Shown here: piece by piece, positions 27,686 to 37,259 of the stretch
Layout of the letters: the number at the start of each line of letters is the position of its first letter
How positions within the stretch are numbered: position 1 is the stretch's first letter
IMG/VR virus record: IMGVR_UViG_3300025617_000009
Location: 1 to 64,000 of that record
DNA: 64,000 nt
Direction: 5' to 3' (one strand)
Source of the DNA: a virus
Program-made: the position numbers and the translations under genes
Notes under the pieces: generated by a model
What the model was told of the DNA's origin: nothing
Databases searched by the model: none
Seen by the model: the letters and a program-made list of their open reading frames with translations, nothing else

Positions 27686-28242
27686 TAGTGCGTTACATGT
27701 CTTAATTTTGTTATATCTTTAATCACAGTTGAAAACATTGCTTTACTGTAAATATCTTCAACAGTTCTGTCGCAGTCGTGAATAAAAACATCTGTATTTT
27801 TTGATGCAAGTGATGATGCAGTATAAATGCTTTGCATTCTTCCTGGCTTTTTGTCCGTTGTACCTACAGGCGAATCAACAAAAATACAGTCCCATTTTGT
27901 ATTTTTTACAACGTCCGGTAAGTCCATTTTTAAATTTTTATAAACACCTTTGTTATATTCTTCTAGAAGAGTTACGTACTGAACTCTTCTAGTAGTATAT
28001 GTTACTTTAATAACATCATTATCTTCTGGCCTAATCCATTTAGCATTATTTTCTAAAAATAAAGTTTTTCCGTTGCGATTAACATAGCGCCACATAGGCG
28101 TGTCATGACCAGTTCCAAATACTAGAAAGTTTTTATCTCCTAAAAAATTTGCAATATATCGATATTCTTCAGCTGTCATTTGTCCATGATTAGACTTTTC
28201 CATCTTTTCAGCGAGCATAGTTTCAAATTGTTCGTCTAACAT
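27685..28242 (-). CDS. DUF579/GXM-like polysaccharide O-methyltransferase
   Basis: NFLVFG.GHD..MW...N..GKTLFLE, WDCIFVDSP.G, PGRMQSIYTA, TDVFIHDCDR.VE match plant GXM/IRX15 motifs. Confidence 0.82.
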   Translation of the reverse strand: MLDEQFETMLAEKMEKSNHGQMTAEEYRYIANFLGDKNFLVFGTGHDTPMWRYVNRNGKTLFLENNAKWIRPEDNDVIKVTYTTRRVQYVTLLEEYNKGVYKNLKMDLPDVVKNTKWDCIFVDSPVGTTDKKPGRMQSIYTASSLASKNTDVFIHDCDRTVEDIYSKAMFSTVIKDITKLRHVTH

Positions 28243-28829
28243 AGTTGCTGCACCTTTTCAAGAATTTCGTCATTCTTTTCTTTAGTTTTAGTAATAATAT
28301 AAGAAGGAAAAGGTTCTTGGGTTACAACAGTTAAGAAGTAATTATTCTCTTCAACAAAATCATTAACACTTTCAACTACACCCCAGTCTGGACGTTTTCG
28401 CCACGCTGGTCTATAATCATGTCCTAGTATCATTCCGTCATCTTTTACTAAAGATTTTACTGCTTGAAGATCTTTCATACATCCGTCATATGTATGATCT
28501 CCGTCAACGTATACCCAATCAAATAAGTTAGGTTCACAGTACTTAGGTAAGTTATACGTCATATCACGAATAAACTGAACATTATAATTTTTAAACTGTT
28601 CTTTTATTTCTTCGTATCTTTGATCCCAAGTTTCTTGATCAGTATAATATGTTCCTTGAACATTTGTAGCAATAGGTCCCCAAAGATCTACACAAAAATG
28701 TAGTTGTGGTTTTACTATTTCTAAAATAATTCGACTAAAATTTCCTTTACCTACACCGAGTTCTGCACACGTACTGTCTGCTGGCATAAGTTCTAATAGT
28801 TGTTCTCTTTTTATATCAAAGCGTGGCAT
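28236..28829 (-). CDS. Class I SAM methyltransferase (Methyltransf_24)
   Basis: AELGVGKG, VDLW, DWVYVDGDHTY, GMILGHDY. Confidence 0.85.
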   Translation of the reverse strand: MPRFDIKREQLLELMPADSTCAELGVGKGNFSRIILEIVKPQLHFCVDLWGPIATNVQGTYYTDQETWDQRYEEIKEQFKNYNVQFIRDMTYNLPKYCEPNLFDWVYVDGDHTYDGCMKDLQAVKSLVKDDGMILGHDYRPAWRKRPDWGVVESVNDFVEENNYFLTVVTQEPFPSYIITKTKEKNDEILEKVQQLC

Positions 28830-29271
28830 CTTCCATTCCTGCTACTCTGAGCTTTACAACATTAGTTATCTGCCATTGCTTTTGATCAAGTGCCTTTAAG
28901 ACTCCTAACCATTTGTTACGCATTAGCGCAAATTCATTGATAATCTTTTCATAGTCTACGACATCTGCCTCACCGTCAACGTATTTTTCAACGTCGCGGC
29001 TTGACAGAGCTCGTTGGTAATTTTCAAGATATTTTTTGAAAAACGAACTGCGCAATCTACGCAGTTCGATGTTTAGGTATTCTAGGATTGCTTCAATCTC
29101 TTGGAGCTGGTTAAATCGGTGTTCAACAATACCAGGCATACTTGCCGCGGCACGTTCAACATTGCCAGTTAGTTTAACTTCTGTCCGAGCTTCTTGTAGC
29201 TCGTGTTCAAAGAAAGCAACTGCATTAGGAATTTTAGAAATATCACGTGATACTTCGCTGTACCAACCCAT
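28816..29271 (-). CDS. uvsY: UvsY-like recombination mediator
   Basis: Helical ~150-aa protein with KYLE.Y...L...D..KYVDGE; next to recA/uvsX. Confidence 0.7.
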   Translation of the reverse strand: MGWYSEVSRDISKIPNAVAFFEHELQEARTEVKLTGNVERAAASMPGIVEHRFNQLQEIEAILEYLNIELRRLRSSFFKKYLENYQRALSSRDVEKYVDGEADVVDYEKIINEFALMRNKWLGVLKALDQKQWQITNVVKLRVAGMEDATL

Positions 29272-29486
29272 TACCAATCCTCATCATTATCTTCGTCTAA
29301 ATCGAGATAGTAGTTAATTGCATTATCTAAATACTGATCATTTCCCAGTGCATCTTTTAGTGTTTCATCTGATACTCCGTAATCTGCAAGTAGGTCAATA
29401 AACTTTTCAGCAGCAATTTCTAGATTTTTCTTGTCGGCATATTCTTTAAAAACTAGCCACAAATCAACGATGATGTTTTCATCCAT
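29271..29486 (-). CDS. Small acidic hypothetical protein
   Basis: 71 aa, TAATG-coupled on both sides. Confidence 0.7.
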   Translation of the reverse strand: MDENIIVDLWLVFKEYADKKNLEIAAEKFIDLLADYGVSDETLKDALGNDQYLDNAINYYLDLDEDNDEDW

Positions 29487-30556
29487 TATTCATTAATCTC
29501 CAAAGGTTCTTCAACATCGGTATTTACCTCTTGAGTCTCCTCTGGTAGATTTACAAAGTCATCCATAACTTTCTGCATAATATCTCCTGTAAAGTTTTTA
29601 CGATACTCGAGAATCTCTTCACCGCTACTCATAACATACTTGAGTCGGTTACCGCTTTTCTCAATAACGCCTTTCTTTTCAAACAAATCCAGCAATCCTG
29701 AAAATGGATCCATTCCTGTTTCATACGGAATACGTACTTCAACATCCTCAAACGGTTTTGCATAGCGAGTCTTCATCACTTTACACTTGGCACGAATACC
29801 ATGTACTTGTGATGTTTTAACACCGTTCTCGTCTTCCTTGAGTTTAAGTTTTTTCATTGCCACAACAATACTGCTAGCATAGATAAACCCTGCACCGCCT
29901 GAAATCTTATCGTCTGGATCAAACATATCTTGGCTTGCGTATGTATGGTTAGTTACTACCATACCTACATTGTATGCTCCAAACATGTTTACACAGTTAG
30001 TTACAAGTGCTTTAAGTGCTTTAGCCTTGCGACCCATATCACCTTTCATGTCACCTGCTTCAAACTGATTAACTTCAGTAGGTGTCATTAACATGCCTAA
30101 ACTGTCAACTACAAACAGAACTTTAGGACGTTCTTCTTCAGCCATGTCTCTATAGTCTTTCATGAATGTTGATACAGTTTTACCTACATCGTCAATCATT
30201 GCCATGTTAAGTTTTAACATTTTATCTTCGCCGGTGTCTACTTGAAGTGCTTGTAGCCATGCTTCGTCAAGTGCGTTCTCTGTATCAATCAATACAACAA
30301 AGATACCTTGCTCTTGTGCTGCTTTGATAATATTACCAGATACTACATAAGATTTACCTGCACCACTTTCGCCTGCAAATACACTTACTTTGCCTAGTGG
30401 AATACCTTTACTAAAGTCACCACTAATAAGATAGTTGAGTGCGTAGTTACCTGTACTAATCCAGTCAGTAGGATCGTTAAATCCTGCACTCATACCTGTA
30501 ATGGATTTTGTTAGTTGTGTCCTAAACTTGGTAGGATCAAATGCTTTTGATGCCAT
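29486..30556 (-). CDS. uvsX: RecA/UvsX recombinase
   Basis: STGNYALN, GESGAGKS, IDTENA, VVDSLG, TNH, SGG, KTR. Confidence 0.92.
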   Translation of the reverse strand: MASKAFDPTKFRTQLTKSITGMSAGFNDPTDWISTGNYALNYLISGDFSKGIPLGKVSVFAGESGAGKSYVVSGNIIKAAQEQGIFVVLIDTENALDEAWLQALQVDTGEDKMLKLNMAMIDDVGKTVSTFMKDYRDMAEEERPKVLFVVDSLGMLMTPTEVNQFEAGDMKGDMGRKAKALKALVTNCVNMFGAYNVGMVVTNHTYASQDMFDPDDKISGGAGFIYASSIVVAMKKLKLKEDENGVKTSQVHGIRAKCKVMKTRYAKPFEDVEVRIPYETGMDPFSGLLDLFEKKGVIEKSGNRLKYVMSSGEEILEYRKNFTGDIMQKVMDDFVNLPEETQEVNTDVEEPLEINE

Positions 30557-30572
30557 GTGAATCTCCTAATCT

Positions 30573-30620
30573 AAAAAGCAAAGAACCCCCGAGCAGTCCT
30601 TTTCAGCAACTGACGGGGGC
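30573..30620 (-). terminator. Terminator/attenuator-like hairpin between ssb and recA
   Basis: CCCCCG/CGGGGG stem with inner CAGT/ACTG, followed by TTCTTTGCTTTTT on the minus strand. Confidence 0.6.
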
Positions 30621-30626
30621 GTGTTA

Positions 30627-31637
30627 TTATTGTCCTTGACGTGAACGGATCATTGCAAGAATGTCTTGCGCATTACCGCCATCTGCAGGAGCTGCTTCAG
30701 CTGTTGCTGTAGCAGGAGCAGGATCAGGAGTAAATGGTACATCCTCTGTTACAGGAGGCACTGGTGCTGGCTGTGGCGTAGGTGCACTCTGACTAGTAGC
30801 AGTTGCTTGCGGACTAGCCGCCATGTTAGGGTCACCTGTACGAGCCGCCATACCTGCTGGACGGAAGTACTGACTAAAGCGGTCTGGATCATATGCTTCA
30901 CCATCTACTGATGCTTCAAACATTTCCTGCATAACTTTAATTTCTACTTCTGTAGGTTTCTTAGGCAAGAAATCGCCTAGATTAAACAACCCATGTGTAT
31001 TGATTGCCTGCATCTCTGCATCATTTAAAGGACGCTCACGACGAGCCCATTGTGATGTAGAGTAGTCTGCATAACCGCCTTTGCTTGTTTTGTTAAGACG
31101 GAAGTCAACACCTGCTGTGTAATCTGTTGGCAATTCTTCCATATCAGGATCCATAAGAGCCTGCTTGATGATCTGGAAAATTTGAGGACCAATAATAAAA
31201 CGTCGAATTGGATTCTCTGGCGTTGTGTCTTCTGATAAAGGATTATCTGCAACAAAGCCTTGGAAGATATATGAACGCTTCTTCCAATATTTACGACCCA
31301 TGTCTTCTAAACTTGGATCTTTAAACCAACCACGTACTTCGTTGAGAATGTTACATGACTCACCGTACATTTCCATACATGGAATCTGCACTTGTACTGG
31401 CTTGCTTGAAGTGTCGCCTTTAACTCCACTAAACGGAAGTTTAATCATAAGACGTTCTGTCCAGAAGAATGTGTTGTCTGCATTACCATCGGGAAGGAAT
31501 CGAAGTGTTGATGTTTCACCTTCGTTCATGTTCCAAAATGGATAGATTGCGTTATCGCCACCGCCTGACTGACGGTTGCCAGAAGCGCCTGCTTCTTGTT
31601 CTTTGAGCTTCGCTCGGATTTCTGCTAATGATGCCAT
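30627..31637 (-). CDS. gp32: gp32-like single-stranded DNA-binding protein
   Basis: LRFLPD, C...YGESC.I, YWKKRSY, DYTAGVDFRL.K..KGGYADYSTS; low-complexity tail. Confidence 0.88.
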   Translation of the reverse strand: MASLAEIRAKLKEQEAGASGNRQSGGGDNAIYPFWNMNEGETSTLRFLPDGNADNTFFWTERLMIKLPFSGVKGDTSSKPVQVQIPCMEMYGESCNILNEVRGWFKDPSLEDMGRKYWKKRSYIFQGFVADNPLSEDTTPENPIRRFIIGPQIFQIIKQALMDPDMEELPTDYTAGVDFRLNKTSKGGYADYSTSQWARRERPLNDAEMQAINTHGLFNLGDFLPKKPTEVEIKVMQEMFEASVDGEAYDPDRFSQYFRPAGMAARTGDPNMAASPQATATSQSAPTPQPAPVPPVTEDVPFTPDPAPATATAEAAPADGGNAQDILAMIRSRQGQ

Positions 31638-31697
31638 AGTTATGCCTCCTAATGTATTGCCTATGTGCTTAGTGCCTAATTGTGTAGCACAATGTAT

Positions 31698-31726
31698 ATA
31701 CTACACTCAACTATTTAGCATGTCAA
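31698..31726 (-). promoter_or_regulatory. Composite ssb promoter: sigma70 (TTGACA-17nt-TAGTAT) with a late TAAATA in the spacer
   Basis: Seen directly; TAAATA at 31712-31717. Confidence 0.65.
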
Positions 31727-31764
31727 CCATGAAATGCTAAATTTTTCAAAAAGTTAGCGGATTA

Positions 31765-33972
31765 TTATAAACCCGCTAAACCTTTAATTCTATTTAATTC
31801 TTCTTGTTCACCAAAGTCTTCGTTGATTTCTGCATACATTGTCTGTAGAGTTTGCTCTGCGTCTTCTTCGTCAGCAATGTTGTAGTCGTCTCCGTTTGCA
31901 AGATAGATGTCGCCTGTTTTAACATTAACCTGTGCAACTTCTTTACCATTGCTTGCTAATATTGTTACTGTTCCGTCAGCGTTTTTTTCAATATCAGCAC
32001 CTGGGAAGTATTCTGGATCTTGTTTTAAGTATTTTAAAAATTCAACTGCTTCAGACTCTTTTTCAGTAATTTCAGAATCTCTATAGCCTTGTATTTCTGC
32101 TACTTTGTTATTGATTTCTTCAATAAACTGTTTAGCATGTTCAATGTACTCTTCACCGTATTCTTTTTCTACCATAGTAAGTACTGCTGTTTCGCCTTTA
32201 GGAAACTGAGCATCTTCGGTACTGAAATATTGTAATACAAATTCAGTAACTGGTATTTTTTTCTTTTCTTCGTCACGAGCTTTTTCTTCGCTTTCTTCTT
32301 GTCCTGCTTCTTTTTCATGATGTTGTGAAAGTTCAATCCAAAGTGCTCTAGGCTTTAATCCAGCTTCGTCTCTTTCCGCATCGTAATCAGCTTTTACTTC
32401 GTCTGGTATGCTAATTTGCTTGCCTCTGCCTGCATCTAATACAGCTTGTGCAAGTTGTTCTTGATATTTTTCGCTGATACCCATGATGCTCATATAAGTT
32501 TTTAAATTCATGTGTCCTGATATGCCTGGCTTGCCTGGACTAAACTCGTCGTCATATACAGTAATCAAAGGATTTTCATCTGTAGTATTTCTGTCGCCTT
32601 CTGGTGCGTCATCTCTGCCTTCTGCAAACTGCCCCATTAAATCATCGATGCTAGACTCAATTGCTTCATCGTAGCCGCCAAAGTCTTCGTCACCGCCATA
32701 CAAGTCTTGATACTCATCGTATGAACTTGGTTGCCCGTCATCGTCGCCGCCTTGATCCTCATAATCGTCACCGTACTGGGCTTTGATTGTTTTTATTGTA
32801 TTGATTACAAGATCGTCCATGTCATTCATACTAGACTTTTCATTTTGATAGATAGTATCAATATCCATTTGAACTTTTTCACCGTACTCGCCTTTTAAGG
32901 CAGCTTCGATCATATCGTACGCTTCGTCGTCGTCAGTGTCAGCAACTTTCTGTTTGAACTCTTCTGGATCCATTCCTTCACCTAAAAAGTCTTCTGGACC
33001 AATTTCTTCAGCAAGTGTGTTCTCACTTACTAGTTTGTAAATGTAAGGGAATACATCTGCAAGCTCTTCGTTGAACTGACGAATGGTTAACTGATCAATC
33101 CAGTTCTCACGAACTTCATCTGGAACATCTTCCATTACAGTTGTTTCAAAGTTTTCAAATGACTCTTTGTAGAAGTTTGGTCTTTGTAGTCCTTCTACTG
33201 TCTTTTTAATAACACTGACACGATCAATAACAGCATCTAGGTAACCGGATAACCCTTCTGCCATTACGCCTGAACGACTCATGTATGTTTTAAACTTTTT
33301 AAGACTCGATAGTTCTTCTGACAATCCTGTGATATGCTTACCGAAATCATCGTATGGCTTACCGCCTTCTGCTACGTGACGAGCCATTGCTCTTGCACCG
33401 TTAAGATGACGATAAGGGTATTTAAACTTCTCGCCTTCTGTACTTTCAATGTATATCGAACTAATGCCTTGTGTTCTTGACATAGGTACTTCTGGATTTA
33501 CATTTGCTTTGTGCTTGATTACAATACGAGCAGAATCTACATCTTGATAACTTGTTCTGCTAGTTCCGTATAACTTTGATTCGGTCATTTGAGTGTCCCC
33601 GGTATTTGCTAAAAAATTATAATCTCTTTTATTTAGATTAGATTTATTAATATCTCTGATATCAAAATTCAACATACGCTTCTTGGCAAACTGTCTAAGT
33701 TCACGTAAGAAACTGTACCATGTATTTTGTGTTCCTTGATCTTCATTGCTAACGAAATCGTTTGAGTAAGTAACAGTAACGCCATCGTCTTCTGATAGTG
33801 CTACACTAACTTTACCCAATGATCTTCCTTCTGATGTAAAAGTAAAATCAAAAAATCTAGCATCAGTAGGTTCAGTCACTACTTCACCAGATTCGTTTCC
33901 GATTGTTAAGTTGTTAAATCTGCCTCTTATTTTTGAAAACAGATCTTCTGCTATTTTGTCAAGGTTGTTCAT
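31765..33972 (-). CDS. Large acidic putative head-internal/prohead core protein
   Basis: Very acidic; C-terminal ELNRIKGLAGL motif; TAAATA 5 nt before ATG 33972. Confidence 0.55.
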   Translation of the reverse strand: MNNLDKIAEDLFSKIRGRFNNLTIGNESGEVVTEPTDARFFDFTFTSEGRSLGKVSVALSEDDGVTVTYSNDFVSNEDQGTQNTWYSFLRELRQFAKKRMLNFDIRDINKSNLNKRDYNFLANTGDTQMTESKLYGTSRTSYQDVDSARIVIKHKANVNPEVPMSRTQGISSIYIESTEGEKFKYPYRHLNGARAMARHVAEGGKPYDDFGKHITGLSEELSSLKKFKTYMSRSGVMAEGLSGYLDAVIDRVSVIKKTVEGLQRPNFYKESFENFETTVMEDVPDEVRENWIDQLTIRQFNEELADVFPYIYKLVSENTLAEEIGPEDFLGEGMDPEEFKQKVADTDDDEAYDMIEAALKGEYGEKVQMDIDTIYQNEKSSMNDMDDLVINTIKTIKAQYGDDYEDQGGDDDGQPSSYDEYQDLYGGDEDFGGYDEAIESSIDDLMGQFAEGRDDAPEGDRNTTDENPLITVYDDEFSPGKPGISGHMNLKTYMSIMGISEKYQEQLAQAVLDAGRGKQISIPDEVKADYDAERDEAGLKPRALWIELSQHHEKEAGQEESEEKARDEEKKKIPVTEFVLQYFSTEDAQFPKGETAVLTMVEKEYGEEYIEHAKQFIEEINNKVAEIQGYRDSEITEKESEAVEFLKYLKQDPEYFPGADIEKNADGTVTILASNGKEVAQVNVKTGDIYLANGDDYNIADEEDAEQTLQTMYAEINEDFGEQEELNRIKGLAGL

Positions 33973-33983
33973 AGTTGTATTTA

Positions 33984-35564
33984 TCAATAGTTGTTGCTTA
34001 TGAAGATAGGCATTGGCGGTTCATAATCTTCTTCGTGCTCTGCTTGAACAAAAGTATTATACACTCTAGGATCCCAATCTTTGAGTACTGCCATCATTCT
34101 TAATGCAAGCAATGTTGCGCTTATTAAATCATCATTGTGTCCTAGTTTTGCTTGAAAACTAGAGCCTGTTGCTACAAAATTTTTAAGTTCTGATATAAAT
34201 GGTTTGGAATGTATAACCATTTTATCATTTTCGATCATGGTTTTTAGTCGACTACATGCTGTAATTTTTGTAGAGTGTGTTGTGTTAAATCCTTTACGGA
34301 ACTTACGGACATGTCCTTTCCTAATTGGTTCTGATACAAACATTCCTGGAATATTTTCTTCACCAAAGTCATTAATAACAATAAGTGCTGCTTCTCCTAT
34401 GCCGTTGTTTTCCACACTCCAATAAATATTATTTGAAACACCAATTTCTGCTTCAATATATTTGCAGATATCTGCAAGTATTCTTATTTGTCCCGGTATA
34501 GCAGTTTGATTGTGTTGCCATTCTGCTACTTGTTCATAACTAGGTAGTTCAAATACTTGTATAGCAGCATAATCTCCGCCTGTACCCATACTAGGATCAA
34601 GTGCTACTGCGTATGTATATTGACTTGAAGGTTTCTTGTACCAGCGTGTTTGACCCATGTTAAGTATAGGTTTGCCGCCTTCGAGAATGGCAAGTTTAAT
34701 ACTGTTAACCAAAGTTTCGTCAAATACTAGAAATTCGCAGCCGTATTCACGACGAAACTTTTCTTCGCCGATGCGTCCAATTTCTTCTTCTTTCCATTTT
34801 TCATCACGATCAGGATGTTCGTCCCATTGTGCAACAAAACTATGAAAACCATTTATTCCTACTTCAGTTTCGTTGCCATGAGCATCAAACTTTTGTTCTG
34901 CTTGTTTCCAAATAGTAGCAAATGTATCTTCGTCACTGTTAGGTGTGCTGGTAATAATAGCTCTACCACCTGTTGCTAGTGTAGGTGAAATTGATGTCCA
35001 AAACTCTTCCGCAATGTTAGGTTGCACAAATGCAAACTCGTCACAGTATAGTAGCGAGATAGACATACCACGTCCTGTATTGCCTGTTGTTGTTTGTGCA
35101 ACGATACGTGATCCGTTTTCGAATTCAATTGATTGTTTGTTGTAACTTGTAACACCTGCTCTAATATGATCTGGACAAGTTTCATAAACATATCGAATAC
35201 GTGACATAATCTCTTGCGCACCTGTGTACTTGTGTGCAGCAACTAGAATGGTTTGGTCTGGATTAAACATTGCATACCAGGCAAGATAGATACTAGCACA
35301 CGTAGTTTTACCAGTTTGTCTAGGCATCATGTTAATATTAAATCGATAGTTATGATAGCTATACATTAGACGTAACTGATATTCATACGGATCGAACAAC
35401 AACTTGCCTCTTACCGGATGTTGAATGTATGCAAACTTACGAGCAAAATAAAGGTATCCGTTATCAGGATCCATACACTGAGCTAAGTCATTGATTTGCT
35501 CTTCTGTGTATGTTTCTCGTTGATTTGCTTTTTTGGTTAGTACACCGTCTAAACTTTTCGCCAT
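33984..35564 (-). CDS. terL: Terminase large subunit (T4 gp17-like)
   Basis: PRQTGKT, GRGMS, YCDEFAF, TSTPN, FRREY.CEF, ALDPS.G.GGD, HNDDL. Confidence 0.95.
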   Translation of the reverse strand: MAKSLDGVLTKKANQRETYTEEQINDLAQCMDPDNGYLYFARKFAYIQHPVRGKLLFDPYEYQLRLMYSYHNYRFNINMMPRQTGKTTCASIYLAWYAMFNPDQTILVAAHKYTGAQEIMSRIRYVYETCPDHIRAGVTSYNKQSIEFENGSRIVAQTTTGNTGRGMSISLLYCDEFAFVQPNIAEEFWTSISPTLATGGRAIITSTPNSDEDTFATIWKQAEQKFDAHGNETEVGINGFHSFVAQWDEHPDRDEKWKEEEIGRIGEEKFRREYGCEFLVFDETLVNSIKLAILEGGKPILNMGQTRWYKKPSSQYTYAVALDPSMGTGGDYAAIQVFELPSYEQVAEWQHNQTAIPGQIRILADICKYIEAEIGVSNNIYWSVENNGIGEAALIVINDFGEENIPGMFVSEPIRKGHVRKFRKGFNTTHSTKITACSRLKTMIENDKMVIHSKPFISELKNFVATGSSFQAKLGHNDDLISATLLALRMMAVLKDWDPRVYNTFVQAEHEEDYEPPMPIFISNNY

Positions 35565-35580
35565 GTATATATTTAACCAT

Positions 35581-35605
35581 AAAAAAAGCCCCTTGCGGAG
35601 CTTTT
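35581..35605 (-). terminator. Rho-independent terminator
   Basis: AAAAGCTCC-GCAA-GGGGCTTTTTTT on the minus strand (GNRA loop). Confidence 0.8.
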
Positions 35606-35608
35606 GAT

Positions 35609-35791
35609 TTATCCTGCGTCAATACAGTTGTTAACTCGTTTGCCGCCTTTCATTTTAGTTGGCTTTGTAGGATGTATTTTCTTACCATCCCAACAAGCTG
35701 GTCCGCCTGCTGGTGATTTTTTACCTTTTTTCTTGTTGCTACTTTTCTTGCCTTTTCTTTCAGCAATATCTATAACTTCAAAAATTTTCAT
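35609..35791 (-). CDS. Small basic putative head-internal protein
   Basis: MKIFEVIDIAE N-terminus; CWDG...K.KGGKRVNNC motif. Confidence 0.65.
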   Translation of the reverse strand: MKIFEVIDIAERKGKKSSNKKKGKKSPAGGPACWDGKKIHPTKPTKMKGGKRVNNCIDAG

Positions 35792-37257
35792 TTTTTCTTG
35801 CTGCCTTTTTCAGCAGTAGCCTTTGCAATAGCAGCTCTGCGGTTCTTTAGATACTTGTCTGATTTAGTATTCTCTTCACCGTCATTATCGACATCATCAT
35901 CTTCTTGGCCGACAGGATCCATTTTTTCAGCAAGTGCCTTGAGTAGTTGACTCTTGATGCTTTCTACAGCCATTGCATTGTCGCCATCTTGTGCGGCTGC
36001 ATATGCCTTTTTCTCGCGATTCAATCCGCCTGATAAATCTTTGTACATGTATTTGGCGTCTTTGTATTCTTCGTCGCCTTCACTGCCTTGTGGTGAGTTA
36101 GCCCATTCAGACATGCCTCTAAAATTATTAAGTATATCGCTGACCATATCGGATCTGTAGTCTTTGGACATATTCATCATATTCAAAACACTTTCTAAAT
36201 CTAGACTTTTTAATGCAGCGCCGATGTTTTTGTAGATTTCATCGTCTGATGCATCCTCTGATACACCCATCTTTTTTAATTCTTGAGCAACTGAAGTTGC
36301 TGTGTCTTCACCAGCTTCTTGGACGTCTAACCCAGCATTTTTTCTTATAGAATTTATTTCTACATTTTCGCTAGACTTTTTTTCTACAGGATTATTTTTT
36401 GCGAAGTCTTTAAGTGCCTCGACTGCATCACCAAATGTACAGTCGTCATCAACTCCGCATCTTGGCACAACTGTTTCGTCACCATATACTAAATCTGCAT
36501 CATCAAAGTAAACTTCTTCACTATCAACACCTGCCGCTGCTGCAAGTGCATTAGAAACATCTGGTTGATATGCATATTTCATTATACTTGGCATTGATTG
36601 TTTACGATCATACTTGACTGGTTCTCTTCGCGGTGATTTTCGTGGTTCTGATCCAAATTCAAAACTTTCTGCCTGTCCGCGAAGTTCTGCTCTTGCTTTC
36701 TTTAGCATTTCAAAATCATCCCCAGCACGAAGACTATCATCGCCTGAGCCAAATGCCATTTGATATAATTCTTTGTCTGAGGCGTTTTTGACTTTTTCCT
36801 GCATTTCTGGGCTGAGCTTCATATCGCTAACAACACCTTCTTCCATACTTTCTTCCTTAGGATCAGCAATGATACTACGTAACTTGCTCATATCAGAATT
36901 GATATCTAGATCAGGTTGATGATCACCGTCCATATCAACGTCTAAGATGCCGTCGCCTTTGTCTAGTTGCTTCGCACCTGAAAGTCCTGCAGATTGCATA
37001 AGAGATAATAAGTCGTCAACGTGATCTTTACCGCTTGCATTTAGACTTACATTCATTGTAACAGGCTGTCCTTGTGGTTCCTGTGGTGGCATAGCCGCTG
37101 GAGGCATTTGACTTGGAATAGCTGGTACAGGTGCTTCTGACACTGCATTGAAAGATTCTAAGATTGCTTTCATACCGCCGGTGTCTTGTGTGCTTGTTGA
37201 TTCACCTTTTTCTGCTGAATCAAAATTCTTTAAAATGTCTAACATGTTGTCGCTCAT
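35788..37257 (-). CDS. Acidic putative head-internal/scaffold-like protein
   Basis: Acidic; I/L..AGL motifs; C-terminal DPVGQEDDDVDNDG...SDKYLKNRR motif. Confidence 0.55.
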   Translation of the reverse strand: MSDNMLDILKNFDSAEKGESTSTQDTGGMKAILESFNAVSEAPVPAIPSQMPPAAMPPQEPQGQPVTMNVSLNASGKDHVDDLLSLMQSAGLSGAKQLDKGDGILDVDMDGDHQPDLDINSDMSKLRSIIADPKEESMEEGVVSDMKLSPEMQEKVKNASDKELYQMAFGSGDDSLRAGDDFEMLKKARAELRGQAESFEFGSEPRKSPRREPVKYDRKQSMPSIMKYAYQPDVSNALAAAAGVDSEEVYFDDADLVYGDETVVPRCGVDDDCTFGDAVEALKDFAKNNPVEKKSSENVEINSIRKNAGLDVQEAGEDTATSVAQELKKMGVSEDASDDEIYKNIGAALKSLDLESVLNMMNMSKDYRSDMVSDILNNFRGMSEWANSPQGSEGDEEYKDAKYMYKDLSGGLNREKKAYAAAQDGDNAMAVESIKSQLLKALAEKMDPVGQEDDDVDNDGEENTKSDKYLKNRRAAIAKATAEKGSKKK

Positions 37258-37259
37258 AA

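Noticed and set aside
9059-35564. Inteins or introns in helicase, UvsW, RecA or TerL
   Set aside because: All have ordinary lengths and contiguous motifs
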